From a virus, in IMG/VR virus record IMGVR_UViG_3300028840_006758: 36,483 nucleotides of DNA; one strand, given 5' to 3'. Numbering within the stretch: the stretch's first letter is position 1; each line of letters begins with the position of its first letter. The notes under the pieces were generated by a model that saw only the letters and a list, made by a program, of their open reading frames with translations, was not told the origin of the DNA and searched no databases. The position numbers and the translations under genes are program-made. Below are positions 7,615 through 16,294 of the stretch, piece by piece.

Positions 7615-9055
7615 TGCCCGCTTCTTCCTCTTCTACAATATCAATCCCACGTGTTGCCACCTCTGTCTGTACAGCAAGAAACTCTCCTTTTTCTCTAAGA
7701 ATCTCTTCATAAAGCTCATCAATAGCGGTGTCGTTATAGTCAGGATAATGCTTTTTGAGCTCTCTTTTAAGCGTCGTAAGCCCCACATCAAGCATTTGTT
7801 TAGAGTTTTCAACCTTCTCCTTTTGACTAAGGAGAATCTTAGGCTCTTGAAAGGAGATATTGACACTAAAAGCATCGGAAAAGTCTGAGTCTAATTCAGG
7901 TACGAGTTGATTAGTCTCCCTCCAATAGGGAATCATGTACTCGGAGAGTTTCGTCCATAGATCATTCTCAGCTTTAAAGAAATATGCCTGCTGATCTGCT
8001 TTGTCTTCTACTGACTCAGCATTGTCTAAAGCTTTAGAGATTCCCGAGATAAGATCCTCAACGCTTTGAGTTGTTGCAATAGTCTTTGCAGACAGGTTCT
8101 TGGTAGTAAGAAGCATAGACATGATATTAGCAATAAGTTGCAGGATAGCGACAATATCAATTTCCGGTTTGACTGTTCCAATCTCGGGCTTTTCTCCTCC
8201 CGGACCATACTGAAGTGAAATAACAGATGATGGGTTACCTGGAATATCCCCTACAGGGCCAATAGTCCACAATATACTCCATGCCTGATATTTCACGGCA
8301 AATAAAAGGTCAGTTAAAACCACGGGAATCGCAATTGCTGCTTTGAGAAGATCGTCGTCGGGAATCGGATCAACTTCGTCAATGGATGTGGTTTGATAAA
8401 TAAAGGGCAACTCTCCATACGGGTTTATTCCATCGACATTATCCATCTTAATCATAATCTCAGGAATAATTTGTCCGTGTCCGTTAATGACTTTATGTCC
8501 AATATCAGACCAGACAACAATAATCTGATTTTCTGGAATAACATCCCATTTCTTGATTAGCGCTACAATATTAGGCCTTGTTTTTCGGTAGGTGTCATGG
8601 GCATAAACCTCATAGCGATGTCTTGGATACAGTCTAAGCCCCGGCCATCCGTTTTCATCGATATACATCTCTATGAGAAATCTTTTAAAGAGCTTAAGAT
8701 GGCGGTTTGCTTGTTTCATTATCTGATTAAGCTCAAGATAATGCTCATAATCATTCATTAACTCGGTATCTGTCTCAGATTCGTCCTCAACGGTTCTATT
8801 AGGCGCCTCAACATAAACACCAGCAAGTTTGTTAATGATTTTTTCAACGATATTAATGGGAACAAGACGACCAATAAGCTCATTAACCGTTTCTGGCTTA
8901 TTAAATTCTTTATCAAGCGCCTCTCTTATAATCTCTTTGGTTTTTCCGTTGTACATGAGGTAGCGCTTATACTCTTCCTTGCGTGCTTCGATTTTATGGA
9001 CGGCATTGATATCCTTTGCCACCATTTCTAGTACTTCAGTATTAAGTTCGATCAT
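7592..9055 (-). CDS. Portal protein (487 aa)
   Basis: Immediately downstream of the large terminase. Size and acidic C-terminus are typical. Called by position; no diagnostic motif read. Confidence 0.7.
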   Translation of the reverse strand: MIELNTEVLEMVAKDINAVHKIEARKEEYKRYLMYNGKTKEIIREALDKEFNKPETVNELIGRLVPINIVEKIINKLAGVYVEAPNRTVEDESETDTELMNDYEHYLELNQIMKQANRHLKLFKRFLIEMYIDENGWPGLRLYPRHRYEVYAHDTYRKTRPNIVALIKKWDVIPENQIIVVWSDIGHKVINGHGQIIPEIMIKMDNVDGINPYGELPFIYQTTSIDEVDPIPDDDLLKAAIAIPVVLTDLLFAVKYQAWSILWTIGPVGDIPGNPSSVISLQYGPGGEKPEIGTVKPEIDIVAILQLIANIMSMLLTTKNLSAKTIATTQSVEDLISGISKALDNAESVEDKADQQAYFFKAENDLWTKLSEYMIPYWRETNQLVPELDSDFSDAFSVNISFQEPKILLSQKEKVENSKQMLDVGLTTLKRELKKHYPDYNDTAIDELYEEILREKGEFLAVQTEVATRGIDIVEEEEAGNGIQPQI

Positions 9056-9068
9056 ATGCCCCCCAGCA

Positions 9069-10343
9069 TTATGCCCAGCTTGTGATTTTTGTTTCTGGAA
9101 TCTTAACTAGTGGTTCATACCACCAAGCGAGATAACCAAGACAGTCAGAGATGTGTGTTAAGAGAGGATCTGTCTTTTGATCTAGCTTGTTATCTTTCCA
9201 GCTCACTTTTTCCAAGTCATTAATTAATTTCTTGCAACTGGGATCTATTATAATACGCCCGTCTTGCAATAGTCGATTCACGTTATTAACTCTATCGGAA
9301 ACGAATGGGTTATAGGTCTTTTCAACCCGCATTCCTGACCCTTGTAGAATAAGAAAATCCGATTGACCGGATGTTTTTCTATTTCTACCGGTTGAATCGG
9401 GAATTATTCGCCCTTGGAGATTGTTTCTTAGGATATAATCTCTCATTTTGTATGTGTCAGAGTTGCGAAGAAATGCTTCACTAAAGATATAGAGCTTATC
9501 GTCTCGTATTTGCCCAAAAACTGCCGTCATGGGATCAACGTTAAAGTCCATACCAATGAGAATCTCACCATTAAGGCGTTGCACTGGTGCGGTGTGGTCG
9601 TCTCTTCTAAATGAGTAGTAAGCAATTCCATCATCGGCATCACTAAACTCTCCTCGCAAGAATCGTGCTTGGTCTTTTTCCGACATAGATTTGAGGAGAT
9701 TTATATAGTCCTCGTCTATGTTCTCAAGGTTGTCAGTGGGGTTCATAAGCAAAGATTCGTAGTTTTCTGGATTAGCTAAAGGTTCATTGTCCTCTGGTTG
9801 AAGCTTTTTAATAAACATCCAGTACGACCAATGTGTTTTGACCGGAGGATTGCAATCATAATATGCTTTTTTTGCCAGAGTATTTTTTTCAGCTAACCGC
9901 GTCTTAGCAATACCCACAGAGCTACTATTTATTTGAGAAGATTCGTTGAAGTACATAGTGGAGTATTCGTTTCCGAGGATCTTTTCTACTCTTTCCTTAT
10001 CATCTAATCCACCTACCCAAATTTCAGAACCATTTGGAAGCTTAAGGAAATAGTCTGATTTGTTATAATTTTTCTCGGTTATTCCCAGATGAGGAAAGCA
10101 TGTTGTGACGACCTTTGGAAGTGTATCAAGCCATATAGAGCGCTTGGCATGGTTGAATTTGAACCTAAGAATGCAGTGACGGCTTTTTACCTTAGAGGCA
10201 CGTACTAATATGGCATAAACAAGAATAAAAGTTTTACCTGAACGAGACCCTCCAAAAAGCATAATATCTTTTGCTTTTGAGATGAGTAGCTTTACGGCCT
10301 CTTTTTGTTTGTCTGTTTTTTTAAAGACAACAGATACGCTCAT
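9069..10343 (-). CDS. terL: Terminase large subunit (424 aa)
   Basis: Walker A FGGSRSGKT near the N-terminus, a Walker-B-like YFNES, and a C-terminal nuclease-type IGMDFNVDP. 4-nt overlap with terS. Confidence 0.85.
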   Translation of the reverse strand: MSVSVVFKKTDKQKEAVKLLISKAKDIMLFGGSRSGKTFILVYAILVRASKVKSRHCILRFKFNHAKRSIWLDTLPKVVTTCFPHLGITEKNYNKSDYFLKLPNGSEIWVGGLDDKERVEKILGNEYSTMYFNESSQINSSSVGIAKTRLAEKNTLAKKAYYDCNPPVKTHWSYWMFIKKLQPEDNEPLANPENYESLLMNPTDNLENIDEDYINLLKSMSEKDQARFLRGEFSDADDGIAYYSFRRDDHTAPVQRLNGEILIGMDFNVDPMTAVFGQIRDDKLYIFSEAFLRNSDTYKMRDYILRNNLQGRIIPDSTGRNRKTSGQSDFLILQGSGMRVEKTYNPFVSDRVNNVNRLLQDGRIIIDPSCKKLINDLEKVSWKDNKLDQKTDPLLTHISDCLGYLAWWYEPLVKIPETKITSWA

Positions 10344-10693
10344 AGCTTTTCGTCATCAACATCAATTTTGATTTTAGGCATTTTAATGTTTTGATCGATA
10401 TCTGCTTTGTCTTTCCAGCCACAAAGATTTTTAAGACAGAAGATAAGCATCACATTATCGCCTTTTTCTGCTTTTTTTATGGCCGTTCTGATAAGCGAAA
10501 AGCGTGTGTGCACCATATTTTGCTCACGAAATTCCGCAAAGGTACAGTTATAATTGTTTTTGATGTGGCGCTCTATGGTGTCATGCGAAACGCCTAAAAA
10601 TGCTTCGCAGTCCGCCATGGTAGGTTTTAGACGCAGGATCGCCTTTAATTGACGGTCTTTTTCTTCGTCAATTAACTTTGGTTTAGTTTTCAA
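10340..10693 (-). CDS. terS: Terminase small subunit (HTH type, 117 aa)
   Basis: TTG start behind AGGAGGGG. HTH segment MADCEAFLGVSHDTIERHIK. C-terminal LIFCLKNLCGWKDK resembles the conserved small-terminase tail. Coupled to terL. Confidence 0.7.
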   Translation of the reverse strand: MKTKPKLIDEEKDRQLKAILRLKPTMADCEAFLGVSHDTIERHIKNNYNCTFAEFREQNMVHTRFSLIRTAIKKAEKGDNVMLIFCLKNLCGWKDKADIDQNIKMPKIKIDVDDEKL

Positions 10694-10715
10694 ATTGTCC
10701 CCTCCTAAGTAGTAC

Positions 10716-11228
10716 CTAGAGATTGCTATCGATCTCCCAAAAGTTAATGAGATCTATTTTCTCCTTAGAAACATCTTCTTGTTCAAAAATCTTCTTCGCC
10801 ATAAACCTTTTTTCGTCCAAAGATGTTTGCCTAGTGTACTGATTAAACAAAGCTTCGTCGTTAGAACGATGAACGTTAAAGAGCCAAGTATAGTAGTTTG
10901 TCCATCCATTGTAACATTTCTCGGCATCTTTAAGATGTATAGCGAAAACTTTGGGTGTGTTTAAGTGCTCGGGATACTTTTCGGGTGGGTAATGATTAGG
11001 AACGACCTCGATTTTTTCAATCATTGCGGACATTTTAAGGTCTTTGTAGTAGCGGTTATAAAATATAATGAACTTAAGATTACCGTGAACAAGAGCTTTT
11101 AAATAATAATTAGAAAATTTACGATACTCGACTTTCTTCTCTCCACTAAGAATCTGGTCAAAATAAATCTTCTTTAATCCAAGTTTAACTGTATTTCGCA
11201 CGTTCATATTCCAATCCTTTTTCTGCAT
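10716..11228 (-). CDS. ASCH (PUA-like) domain protein (170 aa)
   Basis: The N-terminal YFDQILSGEKKVEYRKF fits the ASCH G-x-K-x-x-E-x-R signature. The C-terminal half is unassigned. Confidence 0.5.
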   Translation of the reverse strand: MQKKDWNMNVRNTVKLGLKKIYFDQILSGEKKVEYRKFSNYYLKALVHGNLKFIIFYNRYYKDLKMSAMIEKIEVVPNHYPPEKYPEHLNTPKVFAIHLKDAEKCYNGWTNYYTWLFNVHRSNDEALFNQYTRQTSLDEKRFMAKKIFEQEDVSKEKIDLINFWEIDSNL

Positions 11229-11282
11229 TATACTCTATAACGCAACGGTATAAAAGGGATATGCACACGTAATATTAGCTAT

Positions 11283-12383
11283 TTAGATTGATTTTCCGAT
11301 ATATTTAAAGGTAAACGTTTTTACTTTAGACCTGGAACCCTTATTTAGTCTTCCGTATACAATCGCTTTTTTCATCTTTCTATCGACTGCAATAAGCTTC
11401 CATTTAGGGTTTTTAATTCTTGATAAATACATAGGCACCGATGAAAACTTTGCCATAATCTCATAGCCATATTTATCAATGAGATATTCGGCCGTTTTTT
11501 CCACGAGAAGATTACCTAAACCAAAGCCTATGTAGTCCGGATGTATTACAACCCGGTTTGAGTGCATTTTAAATGTTTTATCTGTTGGTCTTTTGGGGAC
11601 ATAATTTGTAAATGCCCCAAAGCCGACTTGCTCATCATCCTTAAACAAACCAAAAAAATGAGATTTCCCTCTCGATACTGACTCACTCAGATAATGATAC
11701 TTGCTAAAGTATTTCCATGTTGATTTATCGACTTCTTTAATTGTGAACTCGAGCTTTTCTGAGCGTTGCCAAACCGACCTCCGATGTTCGAGGTACTCTT
11801 GTTTATTACAATCAATGATCCAGTCGGGTTTTAGCCATTCGATTACGTCGTAATGGCATGCGATAAGTACAATGCACTTATCGGTCTTTCTTGCATATTT
11901 TTGAATGGAATGACTCATGACTTTTGCCACCGTCCGATCCACAACAGATGTCCACTCATCAATAACAGACACCTCATCGTTTTCAATCATAGCAAGAACG
12001 GCCTCTGCTCTTGCTTGTTGACCGTTTGAAAGTGTCCCAGCGGGTCTAATCCAGCATGGAACAGAAGTTAGGCCTATACCAGACAATGCCTTTGCACAGT
12101 CGTTATAGGGCATGTTTTCGGGCAATTGATTGATGACAGGTTTAGACTTATCTAATCTGCTTCTTAAACTCTCCTCACCCCAGATTTCTCTTGCAAGGGT
12201 TGTCTTTCCTGAGCCTGAGGCGCCAACAATAAGACCAATATTAAATGGTGTAGTGACATCTGCCTTTACTTCTAAGTGATGCTTAAGTTTTTTCTCAATA
12301 TCTATGTCTAGTGCATCGGCAGCTTTTTGTGTCCTAAAGTTGATGACTGGATCAGATTTGAGGTCTACGACATAAGTTTGCAT
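11283..12383 (-). CDS. ABC-type ATPase fused to a C-terminal GNAT-like acyltransferase domain (366 aa)
   Basis: Walker A GASGSGKTT, signature-like LSNGQQARA, Walker B VSVIDEWTSVVD, and H-loop-like IACH. The C-terminus VGFGAFTNY...NRVVIHPDYIGFGLGNLLVEKTAEYL fits the GNAT motif A pattern. Confidence 0.65.
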   Translation of the reverse strand: MQTYVVDLKSDPVINFRTQKAADALDIDIEKKLKHHLEVKADVTTPFNIGLIVGASGSGKTTLAREIWGEESLRSRLDKSKPVINQLPENMPYNDCAKALSGIGLTSVPCWIRPAGTLSNGQQARAEAVLAMIENDEVSVIDEWTSVVDRTVAKVMSHSIQKYARKTDKCIVLIACHYDVIEWLKPDWIIDCNKQEYLEHRRSVWQRSEKLEFTIKEVDKSTWKYFSKYHYLSESVSRGKSHFFGLFKDDEQVGFGAFTNYVPKRPTDKTFKMHSNRVVIHPDYIGFGLGNLLVEKTAEYLIDKYGYEIMAKFSSVPMYLSRIKNPKWKLIAVDRKMKKAIVYGRLNKGSRSKVKTFTFKYIGKSI

Positions 12384-12901
12384 TTAATTTCCCTTGTCTG
12401 GAACTCTTGAAATAGATCCTGTTGCTCCAGTTCGTCTGAACATTCAATAAGGATTAGGTATTGTTCTTCATCTAGGATATCTTTAACTGATGTTTCTTTC
12501 TCAGGATCTTCTACAACAAACTTTTTAATACCTAAGACCTCTGTATCAAAGTCTGGCATATCTCCTAGTTTGTTAATAACAGCATCCATGTCGAGATCTG
12601 ACCATCTTGCTATTTCATTATCTGCTGTCATATCAGCATACTCTTTTTCATCTGAGTCATAGTCATGATAGATAACAGGAACCTCTTTGAGCTTGAGCTT
12701 TTTTGCTGCTTCGTATCGTGCATGTCCTTTAACAATATATCCTGATCTATTAGATACGATTATGGGTGATCTCCAGCCATTGTACTTAATGATCTTTACC
12801 AAGCGTTTTATCTGATCATTTGAGTGCATATTGTTATTGTTTGGGTTTGGTTTGAGATCTTCTATGGGAATTAGCTTATCGTAGATACCGTGAAACTTCA
12901 T
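12365..12901 (-). CDS. ParB/Srx N-terminal-domain protein (178 aa, no partition-type HTH seen)
   Basis: LKPNPNNNNMHSNDQIKRLVKIIKYNGWRSPIIVSNRSGYIVKGHARYEAAKKLKLKEVPVIY matches the ParB N-domain pattern (..G.hR..A). Acidic C-terminal half. Confidence 0.75.
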   Translation of the reverse strand: MKFHGIYDKLIPIEDLKPNPNNNNMHSNDQIKRLVKIIKYNGWRSPIIVSNRSGYIVKGHARYEAAKKLKLKEVPVIYHDYDSDEKEYADMTADNEIARWSDLDMDAVINKLGDMPDFDTEVLGIKKFVVEDPEKETSVKDILDEEQYLILIECSDELEQQDLFQEFQTREIKCKLMS

Positions 12902-12982
12902 TTATGCCCCTCTATTAATGGTATTCGACGATTTAACAAAATGTGTTCTAAAATGGCAAAAATATGTTCTTGGAGGAACACC

Positions 12983-13807
12983 ATGAAAACCTTATTTCTC
13001 ATTCTCTCATTTCTTTTCGTAAGCTCTTGCTCAGCTAATGGAGAATGGTCCGGTCATACTATGCAAAGAGAGAAGAAGGTTTGTGTGGTGGGAGATACAG
13101 GAATGGGGACAAAAGAACAGGATAAGGTAGCAGATGCCATGCACAATCATGGGTGTACGGATATCTTAATTGCTGGAGATGTTATTTATCCCAGTGGACT
13201 AATCTCCATGAATGACAAAGACTTTAAGCTGAAGTTTTTGGATCCTTATAAAACTCTCTTTAAGAAAGCGACCTTTTATCCTGCTCTAGGCAATCATGAC
13301 TATTACGGCAAGCAAGAGGTGTGGTTAACCATAGGGGAGAGTTATCCTCAAATTCATTTTCCCCACTATTGGTACAAGTTTGTCATTGGCGACACGTGCT
13401 TTTTTGCGATTGACACCAATTGGTACAAGATCAAGATGTATAAATGGCTCAGATCTGAGCTTAAAAAAAACAAGGGTTGTCGAAAAAAGATTGTCTTCGG
13501 ACATCACCCCTATAAGTCCTCAGGGTCTCATGGTGATGCTAATCCTGCACGCAAGCTTCTAATGCGCTACGGGTTTATGGGAAAAGCTGATCTCTATATA
13601 GCAGGGCATGATCACCAGTTAAGTGATGAGGGGATAGTCAGAGGGACACGTCAGCTTATTTCTGGTGCAGGGGCAAAGCTTCGTCCACTTAAGAAGAATC
13701 CTGAGTGGGGAGTATCTGAATTAGGTTTTGTTTCCTTAGATCTTAAAGAAATGACTTATACGTTTATTAACTACAAGGGTGAGGTGCTTTACTCGGGCGG
13801 GTTTTAG
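12983..13807 (+). CDS. Lipoprotein calcineurin-like metallophosphoesterase (274 aa)
   Basis: ATG at 12983 is 6 nt after GGAGG. Signal peptide with lipobox MKTLFLILSFLFVSSC. Motifs GDTG, AGDVIYPSG, GNHDY, GHHP and GHDH. It is the only plus-strand gene inside the minus-strand block. Confidence 0.8.
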   Translation: MKTLFLILSFLFVSSCSANGEWSGHTMQREKKVCVVGDTGMGTKEQDKVADAMHNHGCTDILIAGDVIYPSGLISMNDKDFKLKFLDPYKTLFKKATFYPALGNHDYYGKQEVWLTIGESYPQIHFPHYWYKFVIGDTCFFAIDTNWYKIKMYKWLRSELKKNKGCRKKIVFGHHPYKSSGSHGDANPARKLLMRYGFMGKADLYIAGHDHQLSDEGIVRGTRQLISGAGAKLRPLKKNPEWGVSELGFVSLDLKEMTYTFINYKGEVLYSGGF

Positions 13808-13816
13808 TTCAATATT

Positions 13817-14095
13817 TCACCCGAACCACTCCCTTATGTTTTCCTCTTGCTCTACCTTATTCCATATCGCCTGAGCACGGTCATTATCGTTTAGATAGTC
13901 TTCATAAGTAAGACCCAGGTCAATAGCTCTATTACAATAGCGCTCAAACTTTTTAAGCTCAGCAAGACCCAAGGGATCTTGCCGGTCCATAATAACCTGA
14001 TAGACCCGTTCATCTAATCGATTGAAACAATACTCAGCAACAATGTTCTTAGCGTTTTCTGCCACATATTTTCGTATAGCTTCATCATCTGTCAT
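13817..14095 (-). CDS. Hypothetical early protein (92 aa)
   Basis: ORF coupled by a 4-nt overlap to the upstream gene. No motif recognised. Confidence 0.55.
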   Translation of the reverse strand: MTDDEAIRKYVAENAKNIVAEYCFNRLDERVYQVIMDRQDPLGLAELKKFERYCNRAIDLGLTYEDYLNDNDRAQAIWNKVEQEENIREWFG

Positions 14096-14721
14096 TGAAA
14101 TACCCTACATTCAGAAAGATGGACCTTAAAATCTTTAACCTGACACCAGGCAAACATCCTACGCCTTCTTTCAATAATTGTTTCCACTAAAGGGGCAGTA
14201 GGAAGCTCTAGGCAATCTTTCCATTCATAAAACTTGATCAATTGACCGTCGTCGCAAATAAGAAAGTCGGAATCTGATGTCCCAACTCCGTATCTGTACT
14301 CTTCTGGCATCAACGAGGTCATATTGAGAGAGTAAAGATAGGTCTTATACGGGGAGAGTTTAGTTCTGTAGACAAATCCATGTGGCAAAAAGTCAGTCAG
14401 ATCAAAATGATCCTTAAACTCTATTGCCCCCTTTGTCTCTTCATCAAACTCCCTCAAGGCGCAGACAGTGGGAAGCTCATTCTTATGCATTTTTCCCGTA
14501 ACAAGACTAGGAAAAGCAAAGTCTGGTAAAGGAAGTTGACCCAACATAATTGGAGATAGCTCGGATATATTGTGTCGTGAGTTATGGACACTTATATCCT
14601 CTTCGATAGTGGTCATTTTTTCGCATCTAAGCATCACGTAAGTATTGCAGTCCTCTCCATAGTAAAAGGGAAGAAGAGCAATGTTATCCATCGCTATCAA
14701 GCTTTCTCTCGACATCAGCAA
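14092..14721 (-). CDS. Divergent Nudix-like hydrolase (about 200 aa; start uncertain: TTG 14721, ATG 14715 or ATG 14691)
   Basis: GKMHKNELPTVCALREFDEETKG fits G-x5-E-x7-R-E-U-x-E-E with the final Gly displaced by one residue. Confidence 0.45.
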   Translation of the reverse strand: MLMSRESLIAMDNIALLPFYYGEDCNTYVMLRCEKMTTIEEDISVHNSRHNISELSPIMLGQLPLPDFAFPSLVTGKMHKNELPTVCALREFDEETKGAIEFKDHFDLTDFLPHGFVYRTKLSPYKTYLYSLNMTSLMPEEYRYGVGTSDSDFLICDDGQLIKFYEWKDCLELPTAPLVETIIERRRRMFAWCQVKDFKVHLSECRVFQ

Positions 14722-15202
14722 GATGTTTTTGGGACTGCTTGATCATGTTTTCCATACGGCCAAGCTGGGTGTGGTAGTTGCCCATGATGTAGTTGAGCTG
14801 TTTTTTTATCTCTTCCATCATTCTTTCTTTGAAAGCGTCTATTTTCTCCTGCTCTTGATACTCTTCGTTAATGAATTTGGTTACAAGAATCTCAAAATGT
14901 GAGCTGAAGAGACCGTCTTTGGCGTACCAGTCATAAACATTAACCTTAGCGTCATGGTTTTTGATTTCTACTTCTTTTTGCTCAAGCATCCTTGTAGGAA
15001 CAGTGACAATAAATCGACAAACATGATGTTCACCAGTGGACTTGAAGTCATAGGTATAAAACTCGTATCCAATAGAGGATTTATCGTCATCGTAAAACTC
15101 TTTTAGTTTTTCGTTTTCAAAAATAACCCTCTCTATACATGCATACAAAACCTTGGCCGTAAGCTTTACCGACTCTCTATGCTTCTTATTATCTATCTTC
15201 AC
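14684..15202 (-). CDS. Hypothetical early protein (172 aa)
   Basis: ORF in the leftward early operon. C-terminal coiled-coil-like segment. No motif recognised. Confidence 0.6.
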   Translation of the reverse strand: MKIDNKKHRESVKLTAKVLYACIERVIFENEKLKEFYDDDKSSIGYEFYTYDFKSTGEHHVCRFIVTVPTRMLEQKEVEIKNHDAKVNVYDWYAKDGLFSSHFEILVTKFINEEYQEQEKIDAFKERMMEEIKKQLNYIMGNYHTQLGRMENMIKQSQKHLADVERKLDSDG

Positions 15203-15205
15203 AAC

Positions 15206-15550
15206 TCACTCCTCTATAAATTCACTGGTATAAACATTCTCGGTCTTTTGTGTCTTGCCTATCATTTCTTTACCTAAGTGCTCATGAATCTCTTCGTACA
15301 CTTGTTTTTGAAACAAGGAATGATCCTCTAAAAAAGAATTGTTCTTCAGATAAAAGTTCGCCTTCATTCGGGATTCAAACCACTCTTGTGAAACATTCTC
15401 AGTGACTTGGTGAAAGTTTCGCTGGTTAAGGTCAAATCTAAGCATCATAAAGCGCTCAAAGCGATCTCTTGACTCTTCTATATAGCGAAGAAACAAACTC
15501 TCCTCTTCTTCTAGGTACTTGTTTAGAGCATCAATTTGAATTTGATTCAT
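15206..15550 (-). CDS. Hypothetical early protein (114 aa, acidic)
   Basis: ORF in the leftward early operon. No motif recognised. Confidence 0.6.
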   Translation of the reverse strand: MNQIQIDALNKYLEEEESLFLRYIEESRDRFERFMMLRFDLNQRNFHQVTENVSQEWFESRMKANFYLKNNSFLEDHSLFQKQVYEEIHEHLGKEMIGKTQKTENVYTSEFIEE

Positions 15551-15560
15551 TAAACCTTCT

Positions 15561-16073
15561 TTATGTCGGGGTATGCATATCAGGAATTAATTCTGCGTTT
15601 ATATCTTTAATCTGTCTAATTTCTTTTATAGCGTCAGTGTTCCATATACACCCTGAGGAGACATCCCAACCATAAAAAGCATCAAGCTCTGGCACCATAA
15701 GTGTAGCGCTATGGTCAAAACCTATGATCTCAATACCGCTATATGTTTCAGAGACCTTGCCCCAATTGATCATTTTATTGGCAAGACACTGAGGGACAGA
15801 ATCATCAACCTTGACCTTATACTTTTTGATGAATGCATAAAGCTGAGACATTGTCAGAGTAATTATTTTGTCCTCGTGCAAGATAAGCTCAAACTTATTC
15901 TTGAGCTCATTAAGTCTAAATTCTTGATCCCTGCACCATTGCTCCCATTCATCGTTTATGGAGTACCAAAGACCATGGGGTTTAAGGGAGAAGTTCTTAA
16001 CTGTCTGGTTTTTTTGTTGAGAGACGTTGACTGGTTCTAATTTATTATCTGAAGCGTAATGAATTCTTTTCAC
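15561..16073 (-). CDS. Hypothetical early protein (170 aa), first gene of the leftward unit
   Basis: GTG start 6 nt after AAGGA. Trp-rich motifs KPHGLWYS and GWDVSSGCIW. Family not recognised. Confidence 0.6.
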   Translation of the reverse strand: MKRIHYASDNKLEPVNVSQQKNQTVKNFSLKPHGLWYSINDEWEQWCRDQEFRLNELKNKFELILHEDKIITLTMSQLYAFIKKYKVKVDDSVPQCLANKMINWGKVSETYSGIEIIGFDHSATLMVPELDAFYGWDVSSGCIWNTDAIKEIRQIKDINAELIPDMHTPT

Positions 16074-16236
16074 TCGTAATCCTTGGTTGGTTCGCTATAT
16101 TTATTACGAGTTAAGATCGAGGGCAAGCTCTCTATTCTAAATAATAATTATTTGACTTATTCAGAATAATCCACATCCCTAATGATTCTAGAGGGATAGA
16201 GCGTACGTGATTTTAGCTACTTAGCGAGGAGGAGGG

Positions 16237-16265
16237 TTGGAATAAATGACTTTTCGCGTTATAAT
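16237..16265 (+). promoter_or_regulatory. Sigma70-type promoter for the rightward unit
   Basis: TTGGAA (16237..16242), 17-nt spacer, TATAAT (16260..16265), 30 nt upstream of ATG 16295 with AAGGGGGA as SD. Confidence 0.6.
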
Positions 16266-16294
16266 AGACTATCGAAATAAAAAAGGGGGACATT

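Noticed and set aside
12890-12982. Listed 305-aa version of the phosphoesterase ORF, starting at 12890 and overlapping the ParB gene start.
   Set aside because: The ATG at 12983 has GGAGG at ideal spacing and begins a textbook lipoprotein signal peptide. The upstream 31 codons have no SD and would bury that signal peptide.
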